Shown: one piece after another, positions 1-10,522 of the stretch
Numbering within the stretch: position 1 is the first letter of the stretch
Layout of the letters: every line of letters starts with the position of its first letter
DNA from: Armatimonadota bacterium
Lineage (GTDB): Bacteria; Armatimonadota; SYMT01
Direction: 5' to 3'
NCBI GenBank assembly: GCA_041690135.1
Contig: JAWLHY010000001.1
Span: forward strand, 1,472,001-1,536,000
DNA: 64,000 nucleotides
Made by a program: the position numbers and the translations under genes
The notes under the pieces: model-generated
What the model was told of the DNA's origin: nothing
Database searches by the model: none
What the model saw: the letters and a program-made list of their open reading frames with translations, nothing else

Positions 1-626
1 CGCGGGTTGAAGGCAGCCCAGTTGAGGATGCCGCCGTCCTGGGCTTCCACCACCTGCCGCAGGCTCATGCTCAGGATCGGAGTATCGCTGATGGCGCTCA
101 CGATCAGGAAACCCGAGACCAGGCTCAGGCCCATCGGTAACTCGTAGCTCACCATCTGGGCAGATGCTCGTAGGCCGCCCAGCAGCGAGTACTTATTGTT
201 GGACGACCAACCCGAGAGCACCACTCCGTAAACGCCCAGCGAGGTCAGCGCCAGCACCAACAGCAGTCCCACCGGCACGTCCGCGATCACCAGGTGATGC
301 ACGGTGTCCCCGATGCGAAGGTCCCCGCCGAAAGGTATCACGGCGGCCACCGTCAGCGCCGGGATCATCGTGACGACCGGCGCCAGGAAGTAGAGGAGAC
401 GGTCCACGTCCGTGGGGACGATCGACTCCTTCAGCAGCAGCTTGATGCCGTCCGCGAACGACTGGAGCAGGCCGAACGGGCCGACGCGCTGCGGACCGAC
501 GCGAGCCTGGATGTCGGCAATGACCTTCCGCTCGAGCCAGACGATCATCGGTACCATCAGCATGATCGTACCGACCGCGATGGCGATCTTGATGAGAGCT
601 GCGATCAGGGCAACGTGAAATGGCAT
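1..626 (-). CDS. nuoH: NADH-quinone oxidoreductase subunit H, 5' part (runs off window start)
   Basis: My own minus-strand translation from ATG at 626: MPFHVALIAALIKIAIAVGTIMLMVPMIVWLERKVIADIQARVGPQRVGPFGLLQSFADGIKLLLKE, which carries the NuoH ERK...RxGP...GLLQ.FAD.IKLL.KE signature; lies directly after nuoG. Confidence 0.96.
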   Translation of the reverse strand, partial: MPFHVALIAALIKIAIAVGTIMLMVPMIVWLERKVIADIQARVGPQRVGPFGLLQSFADGIKLLLKESIVPTDVDRLLYFLAPVVTMIPALTVAAVIPFGGDLRIGDTVHHLVIADVPVGLLLVLALTSLGVYGVVLSGWSSNNKYSLLGGLRASAQMVSYELPMGLSLVSGFLIVSAISDTPILSMSLRQVVEAQDGGILNWAAFNP

Positions 627-705
627 CTTCGTATTCAGGCGGTCGGACCGATTGCCGGTCCGACCGCGCCTTCCAAACGCATCGACCCCTGCGGGTCAGG
701 CTTCG

Positions 706-3198
706 CTACTCCGCCGCGCGGCTGATCCGGCAAGACAGCACGTCGGTTCCTTCGACCCAGAGGTCGCCCACGGACGCCTCGGTATAACCGGAAGGAATGA
801 AGACACAACCGGCGGGTGTGTCGCCGGTCACCCGGGCCGTCAGGTCCAGGCGCCCGCTCGGCGTAATCACCCCTACTCGCTCGCCTTCGGTCACCCCGAG
901 GCGCTCGGCGTCGGTCGGATGGATCTCCACGAACGGCTCGGGAGCCAATCCGGGGAGGACCGTCGACTCACGCTGGATCGTGCTCCGGTCGAACATCAGC
1001 CGGCCGGTATACAGGCGCAGCGGGAAGTTGGCGTCCGTGCGTGAGGGCTGCGGCGTTTCGACCCGCTGCAACCCGGCGGATGCCGGAACCTGCTTGCCCT
1101 CGAACGCGCGGCGCATCTCCTGGATCACGCCATCCACGGTATCGAAGCCGAGCGGCTTGCCCAGTTCCTCTGCCAGTTGGGCCAGGATCATCCAGCCTTC
1201 TTTCGACGCGCCCCGCGGCGCCATCGCCCGGACCAGCCGTTGCACGCGCCCTTCGATGTTGGTCACCGTGCCGTTTCGCTCGGCTACCGGCACACTCGGC
1301 AGCACCACGTCCGCGAGTTGGGCCGTTTCCGTCAGGAATAGGTCCTCGACCACCACAAAATCGACTGCCTCGATCGCCTGGCGTGCCTTGGCGGTGCTGG
1401 GGAACTCCACCACCGGATTAGATCCGGAGATGTAGAGCACCTTGAGCTTGCCTTCGAGCGCCGCCTGGAACATCTCGCCCGTCGCCAGGCCACGCGCGGC
1501 AACCTTCGCGCCGGCGGGACCGCTCTCCGGCAGGACGCCCATGTCGCGGGCGCCCCAGGTGTTCATCTCCTGGACCACTTCCATCGCGACGTGGCCCTCT
1601 TTCCCGGACTGACCCGCGAGCAGCGCCAGGTTGTTCACCGCGGCCAGCAGGTAGGCTCCGTCGCGGGCATCGGCTGCGGTCTGACCGTACAGGATGCTGC
1701 CGAGCTTCGCGCCGGCAAACAGCTTCGCCGCGGCCCGGATCTCCTGTTCCGTCACACCGGCCAGTTCCGCCAGCTCGGCCAGCGAGCGCCCGCCGAAGCC
1801 CTGCTGCACCGCTTCCAGGCTGGGTCCGGCCCCCTCCGCCGCAGGGCCATCTTCGATGACCGCCTTGGCGAGCGCGTTGAGGAGCGCGATCTCCTGGCCG
1901 GGCGTGTACTGCAGCCACTGGTGAGCGAATTTGTTCAGCGCGGTGGCGCGAGGATTGGCCACCACCACCTTCATCGCCTTCTTCATCAGGCTGCGCTTCA
2001 GGACCAGGTCCATCACGGGCGCCTCGGCAGTGAGGTCCGTGCCGATCAGCAGCACGACGTCGGCCTTCTCGAGCGACTGGATGGCGCCCGGCTTCGGGCG
2101 ATACTGCGGGTAGTTGACCCGCGTGCTGCCCATCCGGTGGTCGATGTTCCCCGATCCGATCACCTGGCGGGTGAACTGCTGCAGCGCAAAGCTGTCCTCG
2201 TTCGTGCTCCGCTCGGAGCCGAGGGCGGCGAACTGGCTCGGACTGCTCTGAACTTCCTTCAGCTTGGAGGCTATCAGGCGCAGCGCCTCGTCCCAGGCGA
2301 CTTCCTCGAACTCACCGTTCGCGCGCTTCACCATCGGGGAAGTCAGGCGGCGGTCGCTATTCACGTAGTCGTAACCGAACTGCCCGCGGTCACAGAGCCA
2401 GCCATCGTTGACCTGCGGATTCTCCAGGCCGACCACGCGCAGCAGCCGGTTTTCCCGAACGTCCTCGCGCAGGTTGCACCCGACGCTGCAGAGGCTGCAG
2501 ACACTCGGGGTTTTGATCAGTTCCCACGGACGCGCTTTGAACCGGAACGGCTTGCTCATCAGCGCGCCGACGGGGCACACGCGGATCGTGTTGCCGGAGA
2601 AGCCGGGTTTGAACTCTTCGTGCTCGAAGGTATAGACCTCCGTGGTGACGCCGCGCTGACCGAACTCCAGCACCGGCTCTCCAACCACTTCTTCCATTAC
2701 CTTGACACACCGCTTGCAGATGATGCAGCGGTCCTGGTTGCGCACGATCAGCGGACCCAGGTCATAGTCCTGGATGTGGATCTTCGGCTCGGTGGCGCGC
2801 GAAAGGGCGTTGCTGTGCTCAAAGACCCGGTCCTGCAGCTCGCACTCGCCTCCCTTGTCACACACGGGACAATCGAGCGGGTGGTTCAGCAGGATGAACT
2901 CCAGGCTGCCGGCGCGCTGAGACTTCACGCGATCGGTAGTCGTCCGGACGACCATGCCGTCGGCCACCACCGTGTTGCAGGCGGCGAGGAGTTTCGGGAC
3001 CTTCTCGATCTCAACCAGACACAAGCGGCACCCACCGAAGGGGGTCAACTGGTGGTGGTAGCAGAGATAAGGAATATCGATTCCGACCTTACGGGCTGCC
3101 TCGATGACATTGGTGCCCTTCGGAACCTGGACTTCCTGCCCATCTATAGTCAGCGTCACCATCGGGACGCTTGGAGCTTTCGTTTCGGCACTCATCAA
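706..3198 (-). CDS. nuoG: NADH-quinone oxidoreductase subunit G
   Basis: CYH..L...GGCRLCLVE, HPLDCPVCDKGGECELQD, RCIICKRC, CSLCSVGC Fe-S motifs and molybdopterin-oxidoreductase-like C-terminus; nuo operon position. Confidence 0.97.
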   Translation of the reverse strand: MMSAETKAPSVPMVTLTIDGQEVQVPKGTNVIEAARKVGIDIPYLCYHHQLTPFGGCRLCLVEIEKVPKLLAACNTVVADGMVVRTTTDRVKSQRAGSLEFILLNHPLDCPVCDKGGECELQDRVFEHSNALSRATEPKIHIQDYDLGPLIVRNQDRCIICKRCVKVMEEVVGEPVLEFGQRGVTTEVYTFEHEEFKPGFSGNTIRVCPVGALMSKPFRFKARPWELIKTPSVCSLCSVGCNLREDVRENRLLRVVGLENPQVNDGWLCDRGQFGYDYVNSDRRLTSPMVKRANGEFEEVAWDEALRLIASKLKEVQSSPSQFAALGSERSTNEDSFALQQFTRQVIGSGNIDHRMGSTRVNYPQYRPKPGAIQSLEKADVVLLIGTDLTAEAPVMDLVLKRSLMKKAMKVVVANPRATALNKFAHQWLQYTPGQEIALLNALAKAVIEDGPAAEGAGPSLEAVQQGFGGRSLAELAELAGVTEQEIRAAAKLFAGAKLGSILYGQTAADARDGAYLLAAVNNLALLAGQSGKEGHVAMEVVQEMNTWGARDMGVLPESGPAGAKVAARGLATGEMFQAALEGKLKVLYISGSNPVVEFPSTAKARQAIEAVDFVVVEDLFLTETAQLADVVLPSVPVAERNGTVTNIEGRVQRLVRAMAPRGASKEGWMILAQLAEELGKPLGFDTVDGVIQEMRRAFEGKQVPASAGLQRVETPQPSRTDANFPLRLYTGRLMFDRSTIQRESTVLPGLAPEPFVEIHPTDAERLGVTEGERVGVITPSGRLDLTARVTGDTPAGCVFIPSGYTEASVGDLWVEGTDVLSCRISRAAE

Positions 3199-3252
3199 TT
3201 CTTCTCACTTCCGGCGCAGAAGCTTATCTTATCCGCCCTGTCGCCGTTGTTA

Positions 3253-4575
3253 CTACACGAGTGCGGGGAGTCCGCGCTCCTGCCCCACGGGCGACTTCTT
3301 GTGCTCGATCCAATATTCGAACTCGTGCATGAAGTGCTTCATCCCGCCCCAAATGATCGGCCACGCCGCCGCGTCACCCAGCGGGCAGAAGCTGCGGCTG
3401 TCCATCATTTTCTCGCCCGCGAGGTTCACGCAGACGCCGCGCAGCAGATCCAGGTCTTCCCGGCGCCCGTAACCGCTGGTGATGCGGCTGATGATCTTGT
3501 AGATCCAGTCGGTGCCGATCCGGCAGGGCACGCACTTGCCGCAGCTCTCGTTCTTGTAGAACCGCGCGATCACTTCGCACACCTGCACGATGTCCGTCGT
3601 GTCGTCGAACACCATGAACCCGCCCGAGCCGAGCATCGTGCCCGCGGACTGGAGGCTCTCGAAGTCCATGTTGGTGTTGAGCGCGAGTTCTTTGGGGATC
3701 ATCGGCATCGAGGAGCCGCCGGGGATCACCGCCTTCAGATCTCGACCGTCGCGCATGCCGCCGGCGATATCGTAGATCAACTCTTTCAGGGGCGTGCCCA
3801 TCGTGATCTCGTAGTTGCCGGGCTTCCGGACATGGCCGCTGACCGAGAAGATCTTGGTGCCGGTGCTCTTCTCCGTACCCATGCTGCGGAACCAGTCGAC
3901 GCCGTTGTTGACGAGGTAAGGGAGGTTGCACAGCGTCTCCACGTTGTTGATCGTGGTAGGCATTCCGTAGAGTCCCTGGACCGCCGGGAACGGCGGCTTG
4001 CTCCGCGGGTGGCCGCGCAGCCCCTCCAGGGAGTCCATCAGCGCCGTCTCTTCCCCGCAGATGTAGGCGCCCGCTCCGCGGTGCAGGATCAGGTTGGTGC
4101 TGAAACCGCTCCCGAGGATATTCTCGCCCAGGAAGCCGTGCGCATAGGCCTCGGCGATGGCATCCGCCAGCCGCTTCGCACCCAGCACCATCTCACCGCG
4201 GATGTAGATGAACATGGTCCGCACGCGCAGGGCGTAGGCGGAAATGATCATCCCCTCGATCAGCAGGTGCGGGTCGTCCTCCATCAACTCGCGGTTGTTG
4301 AAAGTGCCCGGCTCCGACTCGTCCGCGTTACAGATCAGGTAGCTGGGCCGGGCCGCCGTCGGCTCCTTCGGCATGAAGCCCCACTTCATCCCGGTCGGAG
4401 CACCTGCCCCACCCCGCCCGCGCAGACCGGACGCACGGACCATCTCGATGATCTCGTCCTGGCCCATGCCGAGCGCCTTCTTCAGACCCTGGTAATAGCC
4501 GTGCTCCAGCGCACGGTGGATCTTGTGCTGCTCGGGGTCGTCGATATACTTCCTAAGAATCTTGACTTCAGGCAT
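3253..4575 (-). CDS. nuoF: NADH-quinone oxidoreductase subunit F
   Basis: SGLRGRGGAG, NADESEPGTF, GAGAYICGEETAL, ESCGKCVPCR; start set at MPEVKIL (ATG 4575) just after nuoE stop. Confidence 0.97.
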   Translation of the reverse strand: MPEVKILRKYIDDPEQHKIHRALEHGYYQGLKKALGMGQDEIIEMVRASGLRGRGGAGAPTGMKWGFMPKEPTAARPSYLICNADESEPGTFNNRELMEDDPHLLIEGMIISAYALRVRTMFIYIRGEMVLGAKRLADAIAEAYAHGFLGENILGSGFSTNLILHRGAGAYICGEETALMDSLEGLRGHPRSKPPFPAVQGLYGMPTTINNVETLCNLPYLVNNGVDWFRSMGTEKSTGTKIFSVSGHVRKPGNYEITMGTPLKELIYDIAGGMRDGRDLKAVIPGGSSMPMIPKELALNTNMDFESLQSAGTMLGSGGFMVFDDTTDIVQVCEVIARFYKNESCGKCVPCRIGTDWIYKIISRITSGYGRREDLDLLRGVCVNLAGEKMMDSRSFCPLGDAAAWPIIWGGMKHFMHEFEYWIEHKKSPVGQERGLPALV

Positions 4576-4580
4576 GCTCG

Positions 4581-5123
4581 TTATCCGTTCTGGATCCGGC
4601 AGGTCTTCTCCGGAACGTAGGCCGCGTTGTAGAGGGAGCGGTCCGGCCCGCCTTCCGCCCGGAGTTGGTCGATCATCTTGCTCATCTGCTCGGGCGTCAC
4701 GTTGAAGTGGAAGTGGCCATTCACCTGGAGACAGGGCGCGCCGCCACAGGCGGCCAGGCACTCCACGCCCTTCAGCGTGAACATTCCGTCCTCGCTGGTC
4801 TCGCCCGGATGGATGCCGCACTTGTCCTCGACCACGTGGATCAGCTTTTGGGCCCCCAGCAGCGCACAGGAGACGTTGTGGCAGATCTCGATCAGGTACT
4901 TCCCGATCGGCTCCTTGTTGTACATCACGTAGAAGCTCATCATGGACTGCACGTCGGCAGGCTCCAGGCCCATCACCTCGGCTACGTCCTTCACGGCTTC
5001 GTGCGGCACCCAGCCGCCGCATTCTTCTTGCGCGATATACAGCGCCGCCCCGAGCGCCGATCGGCTGCAGGGGTAACGAGCCATCTGCTCGCGGATTGCG
5101 TCTTTTGCCTGTTCAGAAAGCAT
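4581..5123 (-). CDS. nuoE: NADH-quinone oxidoreductase subunit E
   Basis: CHNVSC...ECLAACGGAP 2Fe-2S ligands; operon position. Confidence 0.96.
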   Translation of the reverse strand: MLSEQAKDAIREQMARYPCSRSALGAALYIAQEECGGWVPHEAVKDVAEVMGLEPADVQSMMSFYVMYNKEPIGKYLIEICHNVSCALLGAQKLIHVVEDKCGIHPGETSEDGMFTLKGVECLAACGGAPCLQVNGHFHFNVTPEQMSKMIDQLRAEGGPDRSLYNAAYVPEKTCRIQNG

Positions 5124-5128
5124 TGAGA

Positions 5129-6301
5129 TTACCGGTCGATCTCGCCCAGAACGATGTCCAGGCTGCCAATCACCGCCACGACGTCCGAAACCATGCTGCC
5201 TTCGCTGATGAAAGGCAGGGCGGAAAGATTGTAGAAGGAGGGCGGACGCACCCGCACTCGGTACGGCTTTTCGCTGCCGTCCGACGCCACGTAGAAACCG
5301 AGCTCACCCTTGGGCGACTCGATGGCGGCGTAGGCCTCGCCCGGAGGCACCGGGAAGCCCCGCGTTACCAGGATGAAGTGGTGGATCAACGCCTCCATAT
5401 CGGAGAAGACCCGCTCTTTCGGAGGCAGGACCACTTTCGGGTTGTCCGCATTGCAGGGGCCGTCCGGCATCGTGATCAGCACCTGTTCGATGATGCGGAG
5501 GCTCTGTCGCATCTCTTCCATGCGGACGCGGTAGCTGTCGAAGATGTCGCCGCTGTCACCGACCGGCACCACGAAGTCGTACTTCTCATAGCCGCAGTAC
5601 GGCTTCACCCGGCGGAGGTCATAAGGTACCCCGGCGGCCCGCAAACGCGGCCCGGTCACCCCCAGCCGCAGGGCATCATCCGCCTTCAAGTAGCCGACGC
5701 CTACGGTACGGTCGCGCCAGATCGGGTTCTCGTCCAGCAGCGTCCAGTACTCGTCCAATCGGTCCGCAAGGACGGCGATGGACTTCGCGATCTTCTCTTC
5801 CACCCCGTCCGGCAGGTCTAGCGCCACGCCGCCCACGCGAATGTAAGCGGGCGTCAGGCGCGCGCCGCAGATCTCCTCAAAGAAGTTGAGGATCATCTCG
5901 CGCTCGCGGAAGCTGTAAAGGAAGACCGACATCGCGCCGATGTCCATGGCGTGCGCGCCGATCCACAGGAGGTGGCTGGCAATACGCTGCAACTCGGACA
6001 TCAGCACCCGGATCGCCTGGCCTCGCTCCGGAATCTCCAGGTCGAGAAGTTTCTCCACGGCCAGGCAGTAGGCCAGGTTGTTGTTCATCCCGGACAGGTA
6101 GTCCATCCGGTCCGTGATAGTGATGGCCTGCTGATACGGCTCGTTCTCCATCGTCTTCTCCATACCGGTATGGAGATAGCCGATGTGGGGAACCGCTTTC
6201 ACGACGGTCTCACCATCGAGGTCGAGCACCAGCCGCAACACGCCGTGCGTAGACGGGTGCTGCGGGCCCATATTCATTGTTAGGGTTTCAGTTACGGCCA
6301 T
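5129..6301 (-). CDS. nuoD: NADH-quinone oxidoreductase subunit D
   Basis: NMGPQHPSTHGVLRL N-terminus; SLDIVLGEIDR C-terminus. Confidence 0.98.
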   Translation of the reverse strand: MAVTETLTMNMGPQHPSTHGVLRLVLDLDGETVVKAVPHIGYLHTGMEKTMENEPYQQAITITDRMDYLSGMNNNLAYCLAVEKLLDLEIPERGQAIRVLMSELQRIASHLLWIGAHAMDIGAMSVFLYSFREREMILNFFEEICGARLTPAYIRVGGVALDLPDGVEEKIAKSIAVLADRLDEYWTLLDENPIWRDRTVGVGYLKADDALRLGVTGPRLRAAGVPYDLRRVKPYCGYEKYDFVVPVGDSGDIFDSYRVRMEEMRQSLRIIEQVLITMPDGPCNADNPKVVLPPKERVFSDMEALIHHFILVTRGFPVPPGEAYAAIESPKGELGFYVASDGSEKPYRVRVRPPSFYNLSALPFISEGSMVSDVVAVIGSLDIVLGEIDR

Positions 6302-6377
6302 CGATAAGAACCCGGGCCTTCAAGGCCCTGTGACTTCCGACTGGCGCGCTCGGGACGGCGACCGACCCTCTGCGCGC

Positions 6378-6917
6378 TTACGTGATGTCTTTAATGTTGT
6401 TGAAGAGGATGACGGGCCGCTTGCCTACAAGGGGGAAATCCTTCCGCAGCGGATGGCCCTCGAAGTCGTCCGGCAGCACGATCTTGCGGGGGTCCGGATG
6501 CCCTTCGAAGGTCACGCCGAAGAGATCCATCACCTCTCGCTCGGCCCAGTCCGCCGAGGCGTATAGACCGGAAACCGTGGGGACGGCATCGCCCTCTCCC
6601 ACCCACACCCGCACGAAGAGTCGCTTGTTGTGGGTCACGGAGTAGAAATTGTAGATCACGTTGAACCGCTTCTCGCGCTCGGGCCGGTCGATGCACGTTA
6701 CGTCGGAGAGCAGCTTGTAATCCAGCGCGCGATCGTCGCGGAGCGTCTTCGCTACCGCAGCGATGGAGCGCGGCCGGACCGTGATCCAGAACATGTCCCG
6801 CTCCGGCGCCTCTTCCACGTCCAGCACGGCGTCCGGGTGCGCGCTGCGCAACTTGGTCAACTCCGCCTGCAGGTGGGAGGTCGGAGGCGTAACGGTTCCT
6901 TGCTCGGTATCAGCCAT
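6378..6917 (-). CDS. nuoC: NADH-quinone oxidoreductase subunit C
   Basis: WAEREVMDLFGVTFEGHPD...GHPLRKDFP signature. Confidence 0.97.
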   Translation of the reverse strand: MADTEQGTVTPPTSHLQAELTKLRSAHPDAVLDVEEAPERDMFWITVRPRSIAAVAKTLRDDRALDYKLLSDVTCIDRPEREKRFNVIYNFYSVTHNKRLFVRVWVGEGDAVPTVSGLYASADWAEREVMDLFGVTFEGHPDPRKIVLPDDFEGHPLRKDFPLVGKRPVILFNNIKDIT

Positions 6918-6972
6918 TGCAGTTCCCTGGCAGACCGGAGCCCGGACCGAACAGTCCGGGCTCCGTGCCAGC

Positions 6973-7497
6973 TTATCCTCTCTCGTCCAGAATGCGTCCT
7001 GATTTCCGGATCTTCTTCTGTAGCTGCAGGATGCCGTAGATCAGGCTTTCCGGCCGGGGCGGACAGCCCGGCACGTAAACGTCGACCGGCACCACCTCAT
7101 CCACGCCCTGGACGATCGCATAGTTGTTGAACACGCCCCCGCAGGAGGCACATGCACCCATGGCGATCACCCACTTGGGCTCGGGCATCTGATCGTAGAT
7201 CTGCTTGAGTACAGGCGCCATCTTGCGGCTCACCCGGCCCGCTACCACCATCAGGTCCGCCTGGCGCGGTGAAGCCCGGAACACTTCGGCGCCGAAGCGC
7301 GCCAGGTCGTAGCGCGACGCTCCGGTGGCCATCATCTCAATGGCGCAGCAGGCCAGACCGAACGTCAGCGGCCAGATGGAATTTGCCCGTATTTCATTGA
7401 CCAAGTCGTCGAGCCGGGCCAGCAGGAAACCTTGTTGATTGATCTGCTGCCCCAGGGTATCGACGGACTTGCCGTCAACTGTTGTAATCACTCCCAT
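6973..7497 (-). CDS. nuoB: NADH-quinone oxidoreductase subunit B
   Basis: [38 protein letters not shown]. Confidence 0.98.
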   Translation of the reverse strand: MGVITTVDGKSVDTLGQQINQQGFLLARLDDLVNEIRANSIWPLTFGLACCAIEMMATGASRYDLARFGAEVFRASPRQADLMVVAGRVSRKMAPVLKQIYDQMPEPKWVIAMGACASCGGVFNNYAIVQGVDEVVPVDVYVPGCPPRPESLIYGILQLQKKIRKSGRILDERG

Positions 7498-7865
7498 GTT
7501 AACGCCCCTCGTTTCAATATGTACAGATATCCTACCACGAGGATGCCGATGAATATGCCCATTTCAATCAGACCGTAGACTCCCAGCCAGCGGTGCACGA
7601 CAGCCCAGGGGTAAAAGAAGATGGCTTCGATGTCGAACAGGATGAAGAGCATCGCCACCAGGTAGAACTTGATGCTGAACCGGATGCGAGCACTACCGGT
7701 CGGGGTGATGCCGCACTCGTAGGACTGTAACTTCACCGCGTCGGCCTTCTGGAGGCGCAGGAGCTTCGTGAGGATCTGCGGAAGGAAGGTCATCGCCACG
7801 GCCATGACCACGGAGAGCACCAGAAGGATGGCGATAAAGAGGTATTGGGTGGGATCTTGCATCAT
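7488..7865 (-). CDS. nuoA: NADH-quinone oxidoreductase subunit A
   Basis: [18 protein letters not shown], three TM segments, GALTWE end; start at MMQDP assumed. Confidence 0.96.
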   Translation of the reverse strand: MMQDPTQYLFIAILLVLSVVMAVAMTFLPQILTKLLRLQKADAVKLQSYECGITPTGSARIRFSIKFYLVAMLFILFDIEAIFFYPWAVVHRWLGVYGLIEMGIFIGILVVGYLYILKRGALTWE

Positions 7866-8057
7866 TCGCTCTTCCCTGATGGGCGCACGGTAAGCCCCAT
7901 TGGAGCACGTGAATTTTATCACAAGCGCCTGAGGCGGTCAATGGAGCCGGGGAGGCCCATCGCCGCCTTTCATTCCAGGTCTCCTGGGGTTATTCCTTGC
8001 TCTTCAGGCAACGAGAGCAGAACTCCACCAAATCGCCCCAGCGGGAGGTACACAACA

Positions 8058-8090
8058 AAGCCGGCGTCCGCGACATGCGGACGCCGGCTT
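8058..8090 (-). terminator. Intrinsic terminator downstream of the HMA-domain gene
   Basis: 14-bp stem aagccggcgtccgc / gcggacgccggctt with 5-nt loop, followed on the minus strand by a T-rich run (TTTGTTGT). Confidence 0.75.
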
Positions 8091-8190
8091 CGGTAGGTAA
8101 TAGTGCTTTAGGTAGGGATTACAGCAAGGCGAATCAACGAGCTATAAGGCTCAATTAGAATTATAGGCGGATCGCCCCAAAAATCCAAGT

Positions 8191-8397
8191 TCATTCGACG
8201 TCGAATCCGGCCTTCTCCACGCGGTCACGGATGGCTTCGGGTCCGGTGCGGTGCTCGTCGTAACGGATCCGCACTTCGCGCACCGCCAGGTCCGCGTCGA
8301 TGGCTTTGATTCCGTCCAGCACGACCAGCGACTTCCGGATCGCGTTCACACAGGCGTCACAGTGAATCTCCGGTACCTTCAGGTGGACTTCGCTCAT
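8191..8397 (-). CDS. copZ: Heavy-metal-associated (CopZ-like) chaperone
   Basis: 68 aa with IHCDAC (CxxC) and the HMA-fold pattern ending ..VEKAGFDV. Confidence 0.8.
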   Translation of the reverse strand: MSEVHLKVPEIHCDACVNAIRKSLVVLDGIKAIDADLAVREVRIRYDEHRTGPEAIRDRVEKAGFDVE

Positions 8398-8414
8398 GCC
8401 TTTTACTCCTCCGG

Positions 8415-8612
8415 TTACTCCTCAGTCCGCAACTCTCCGTCGCCTCGACCGGCCGGCTCCCCCTCCCGCTCGAAGTCGTAGAACAACAGGTAGCGGCCGT
8501 CCGGCTTGAGCGTGCGGCGACGGATCATGGTGAGGCCCGGTCGAACCTCCGTTCGCGTGACCTCATCGGGGACGATGGGGTCGGATAGCCCGGAGGCTGC
8601 ATTTGCGCTCAT
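8415..8612 (-). CDS. Small hypothetical protein (KPDGRYLLFYDF motif)
   Basis: 65-aa ORF with GAGGAG RBS, 17 bp upstream of copZ on the same strand. Confidence 0.6.
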   Translation of the reverse strand: MSANAASGLSDPIVPDEVTRTEVRPGLTMIRRRTLKPDGRYLLFYDFEREGEPAGRGDGELRTEE

Positions 8613-8989
8613 GATCTTGGATCTCCTCAGAGCTGCCGAGCCGCCGGCTGGTATCCTCTATTAACACGCGAGGGCATGGATCGTCTAAACTCTATCGGGC
8701 GAGAGCTTTGACGTTGCCGGATGCACCGGGCGGGTCCACGCCTCACGGAGCCGCAGAGGCAGACGGCGCTCACGGTTTCCACTAAAGTCTCTATACAAAC
8801 TACCCACGCAGGCGCGGAGGTTCAACCGTTCGGCGCGGCAAAGTGCTAACGGGGCGACGGCGCTTTCTTTATCTCCGACCGGTCTCGCCCGAACTATCCT
8901 GCTTGGTAAGGCCCTGCTTTGCTTGGGGGACGGACGAGAGCTTTCACGGGCACTGTCTGTCGCGACCCGCGTGCCTCATAGCCTTGCTT

Positions 8990-10522
8990 ATGAAGAATCC
9001 TGCTCTGAAGAAGAAGAAGAACGCAGTGATCTCCGTCCTCTTTCGATCCGCCCCCAAGAGTTTAAACGATTGGTCCGGCGCCCCTCTGGTGTGTGTGGGG
9101 GCGCTGCTCCTGGGCGCGATGCCGGCCGCCGCGCAGGAGGTGCCCGCTCCGACGGTCGCTCCTCCGGTGACTGGCGGAATGCCTCCTGTCACCGCTCCTC
9201 CAGTCACCGCGGCTCCGGAACCGCCGCGTCCGGCGATCAATCAACAGCCGATTTCCGTTCAGGAAGCGATTCAGATCGCTTATCAGCAACATGCCCGGGT
9301 AACCGTGGCCGAGGAAGGAGTGGAAGCGGCTCGTCAGCGCATCCGGCTCGCCCGCACCGGCACCCTCCCCCTGGTTACCGGTGAGGTCGCGTACAGTGGG
9401 CGCGGCACCAACAGCCTTTTTGGGGCGTTTGGTGGCGAGCCGACCCGAACCGTCCGGCCTTCTCCCGGTTCTCCCGGCCAGCCGCGGCGCGTGCTCGTGG
9501 ATACGGATACGCTCAGCTTTAACCAGGGTTTGCAGCCCCGGCTGGGCCTTGCGTGGAACGTATACGACGGAGGGCAAACGCGTGCCCAGGTTCGGCAGGC
9601 CCGCGCGGGGTTGGATGCGAACCAAAGCAACCTGGCGGCGGTACGCAATAACCTCGAATTCGATGTAACCGCGAACTACCTGCTGCAGCTCCGTTCCGAA
9701 CGACTCCTGGAGCTCCGAATCACCCAGGAACGGCTGGCGGAAGAGCAGCTCGCCCGCGTTGAAGCGCGGATCAGTGCCGGAGAGGCGCCGGCAGCGGATC
9801 GTGCCCTGGCCCTTTCCGACCTCCGGAACCGCCAGGTGGACCGGATCCAGGCGCAGAACGACGTCCAAGTGTCCGCCAACGCACTCCGGAATGCCATGGG
9901 GCTGCCGGTGGGACCGCCGCTGAACCTGGTGGAACTGCGGGAACGCCTGGAAGAGCCCCCTACCCTGGAGCAGCTCCAGGAGATCGCGAGACGCCAGCGA
10001 CCGGAGGTGGTGCAGGCTGCTGCTCAGGTTCAGATCGCCGAGCAGGGGGTGGCCCTGGCCCGGATCAACCGGCGGCCCCGCCTGGATACGGTGTTCAGCT
10101 TCAACGTCAATCCGAACAATCCACTCCAACGTTCCGACTTCGCTGTGGGCGCCAACGTATCGGTGCCGGTCTTCGATTTCGGGCGTACCCACGCCATTGA
10201 GCAGGAAGCCCGGACCGATGTCCAGGCAACTACGGCGCAGTTGGAGCAGGTGCGGAAGGACGTGCAGGCAGAGGTGGTCGAAGCCTATCTCAACCTGATC
10301 AACGCCCGGCAGCGCCTGGAGGCGAGCCGGCTCGCGGTGGAGGCGGCGCAGGTCAACCTGGAGAACGCGACGGCGCGTTACCAGCTGGGTGCGGCGGGCG
10401 CGAACGTGGTGGAGTTGATCACCGCGCAGACCCAGTTCGCTACCGCAAACAACAACGCCATTTCCGCGCTCTACGACGTGTTCCTCGCCCAGGCGCAGCT
10501 CGACCGGGCCATCGGACAGTGA
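8990..10522 (+). CDS. TolC-family outer membrane efflux protein
   Basis: Signal peptide ending AAA-QE, two helical repeats, LAWNVYDGG and VSVPVFDFG strands, LDRAIG end; start uncertain. Confidence 0.9.
   Translation: MKNPALKKKKNAVISVLFRSAPKSLNDWSGAPLVCVGALLLGAMPAAAQEVPAPTVAPPVTGGMPPVTAPPVTAAPEPPRPAINQQPISVQEAIQIAYQQHARVTVAEEGVEAARQRIRLARTGTLPLVTGEVAYSGRGTNSLFGAFGGEPTRTVRPSPGSPGQPRRVLVDTDTLSFNQGLQPRLGLAWNVYDGGQTRAQVRQARAGLDANQSNLAAVRNNLEFDVTANYLLQLRSERLLELRITQERLAEEQLARVEARISAGEAPAADRALALSDLRNRQVDRIQAQNDVQVSANALRNAMGLPVGPPLNLVELRERLEEPPTLEQLQEIARRQRPEVVQAAAQVQIAEQGVALARINRRPRLDTVFSFNVNPNNPLQRSDFAVGANVSVPVFDFGRTHAIEQEARTDVQATTAQLEQVRKDVQAEVVEAYLNLINARQRLEASRLAVEAAQVNLENATARYQLGAAGANVVELITAQTQFATANNNAISALYDVFLAQAQLDRAIGQ

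Noticed and set aside
1591-4620. 1009-aa plus-strand ORF
   Set aside because: Antisense shadow of nuoG/nuoF caused by GC-rich codon bias; no recognisable motifs. The same applies to most other overlapping ORFs in the track.
4576-5022. Apparent N-terminal extension of NuoF (or nuoE-nuoF fusion)
   Set aside because: It overlaps nuoE in a different frame; nuoE has its own stop and NuoF homology starts at ATG 4575
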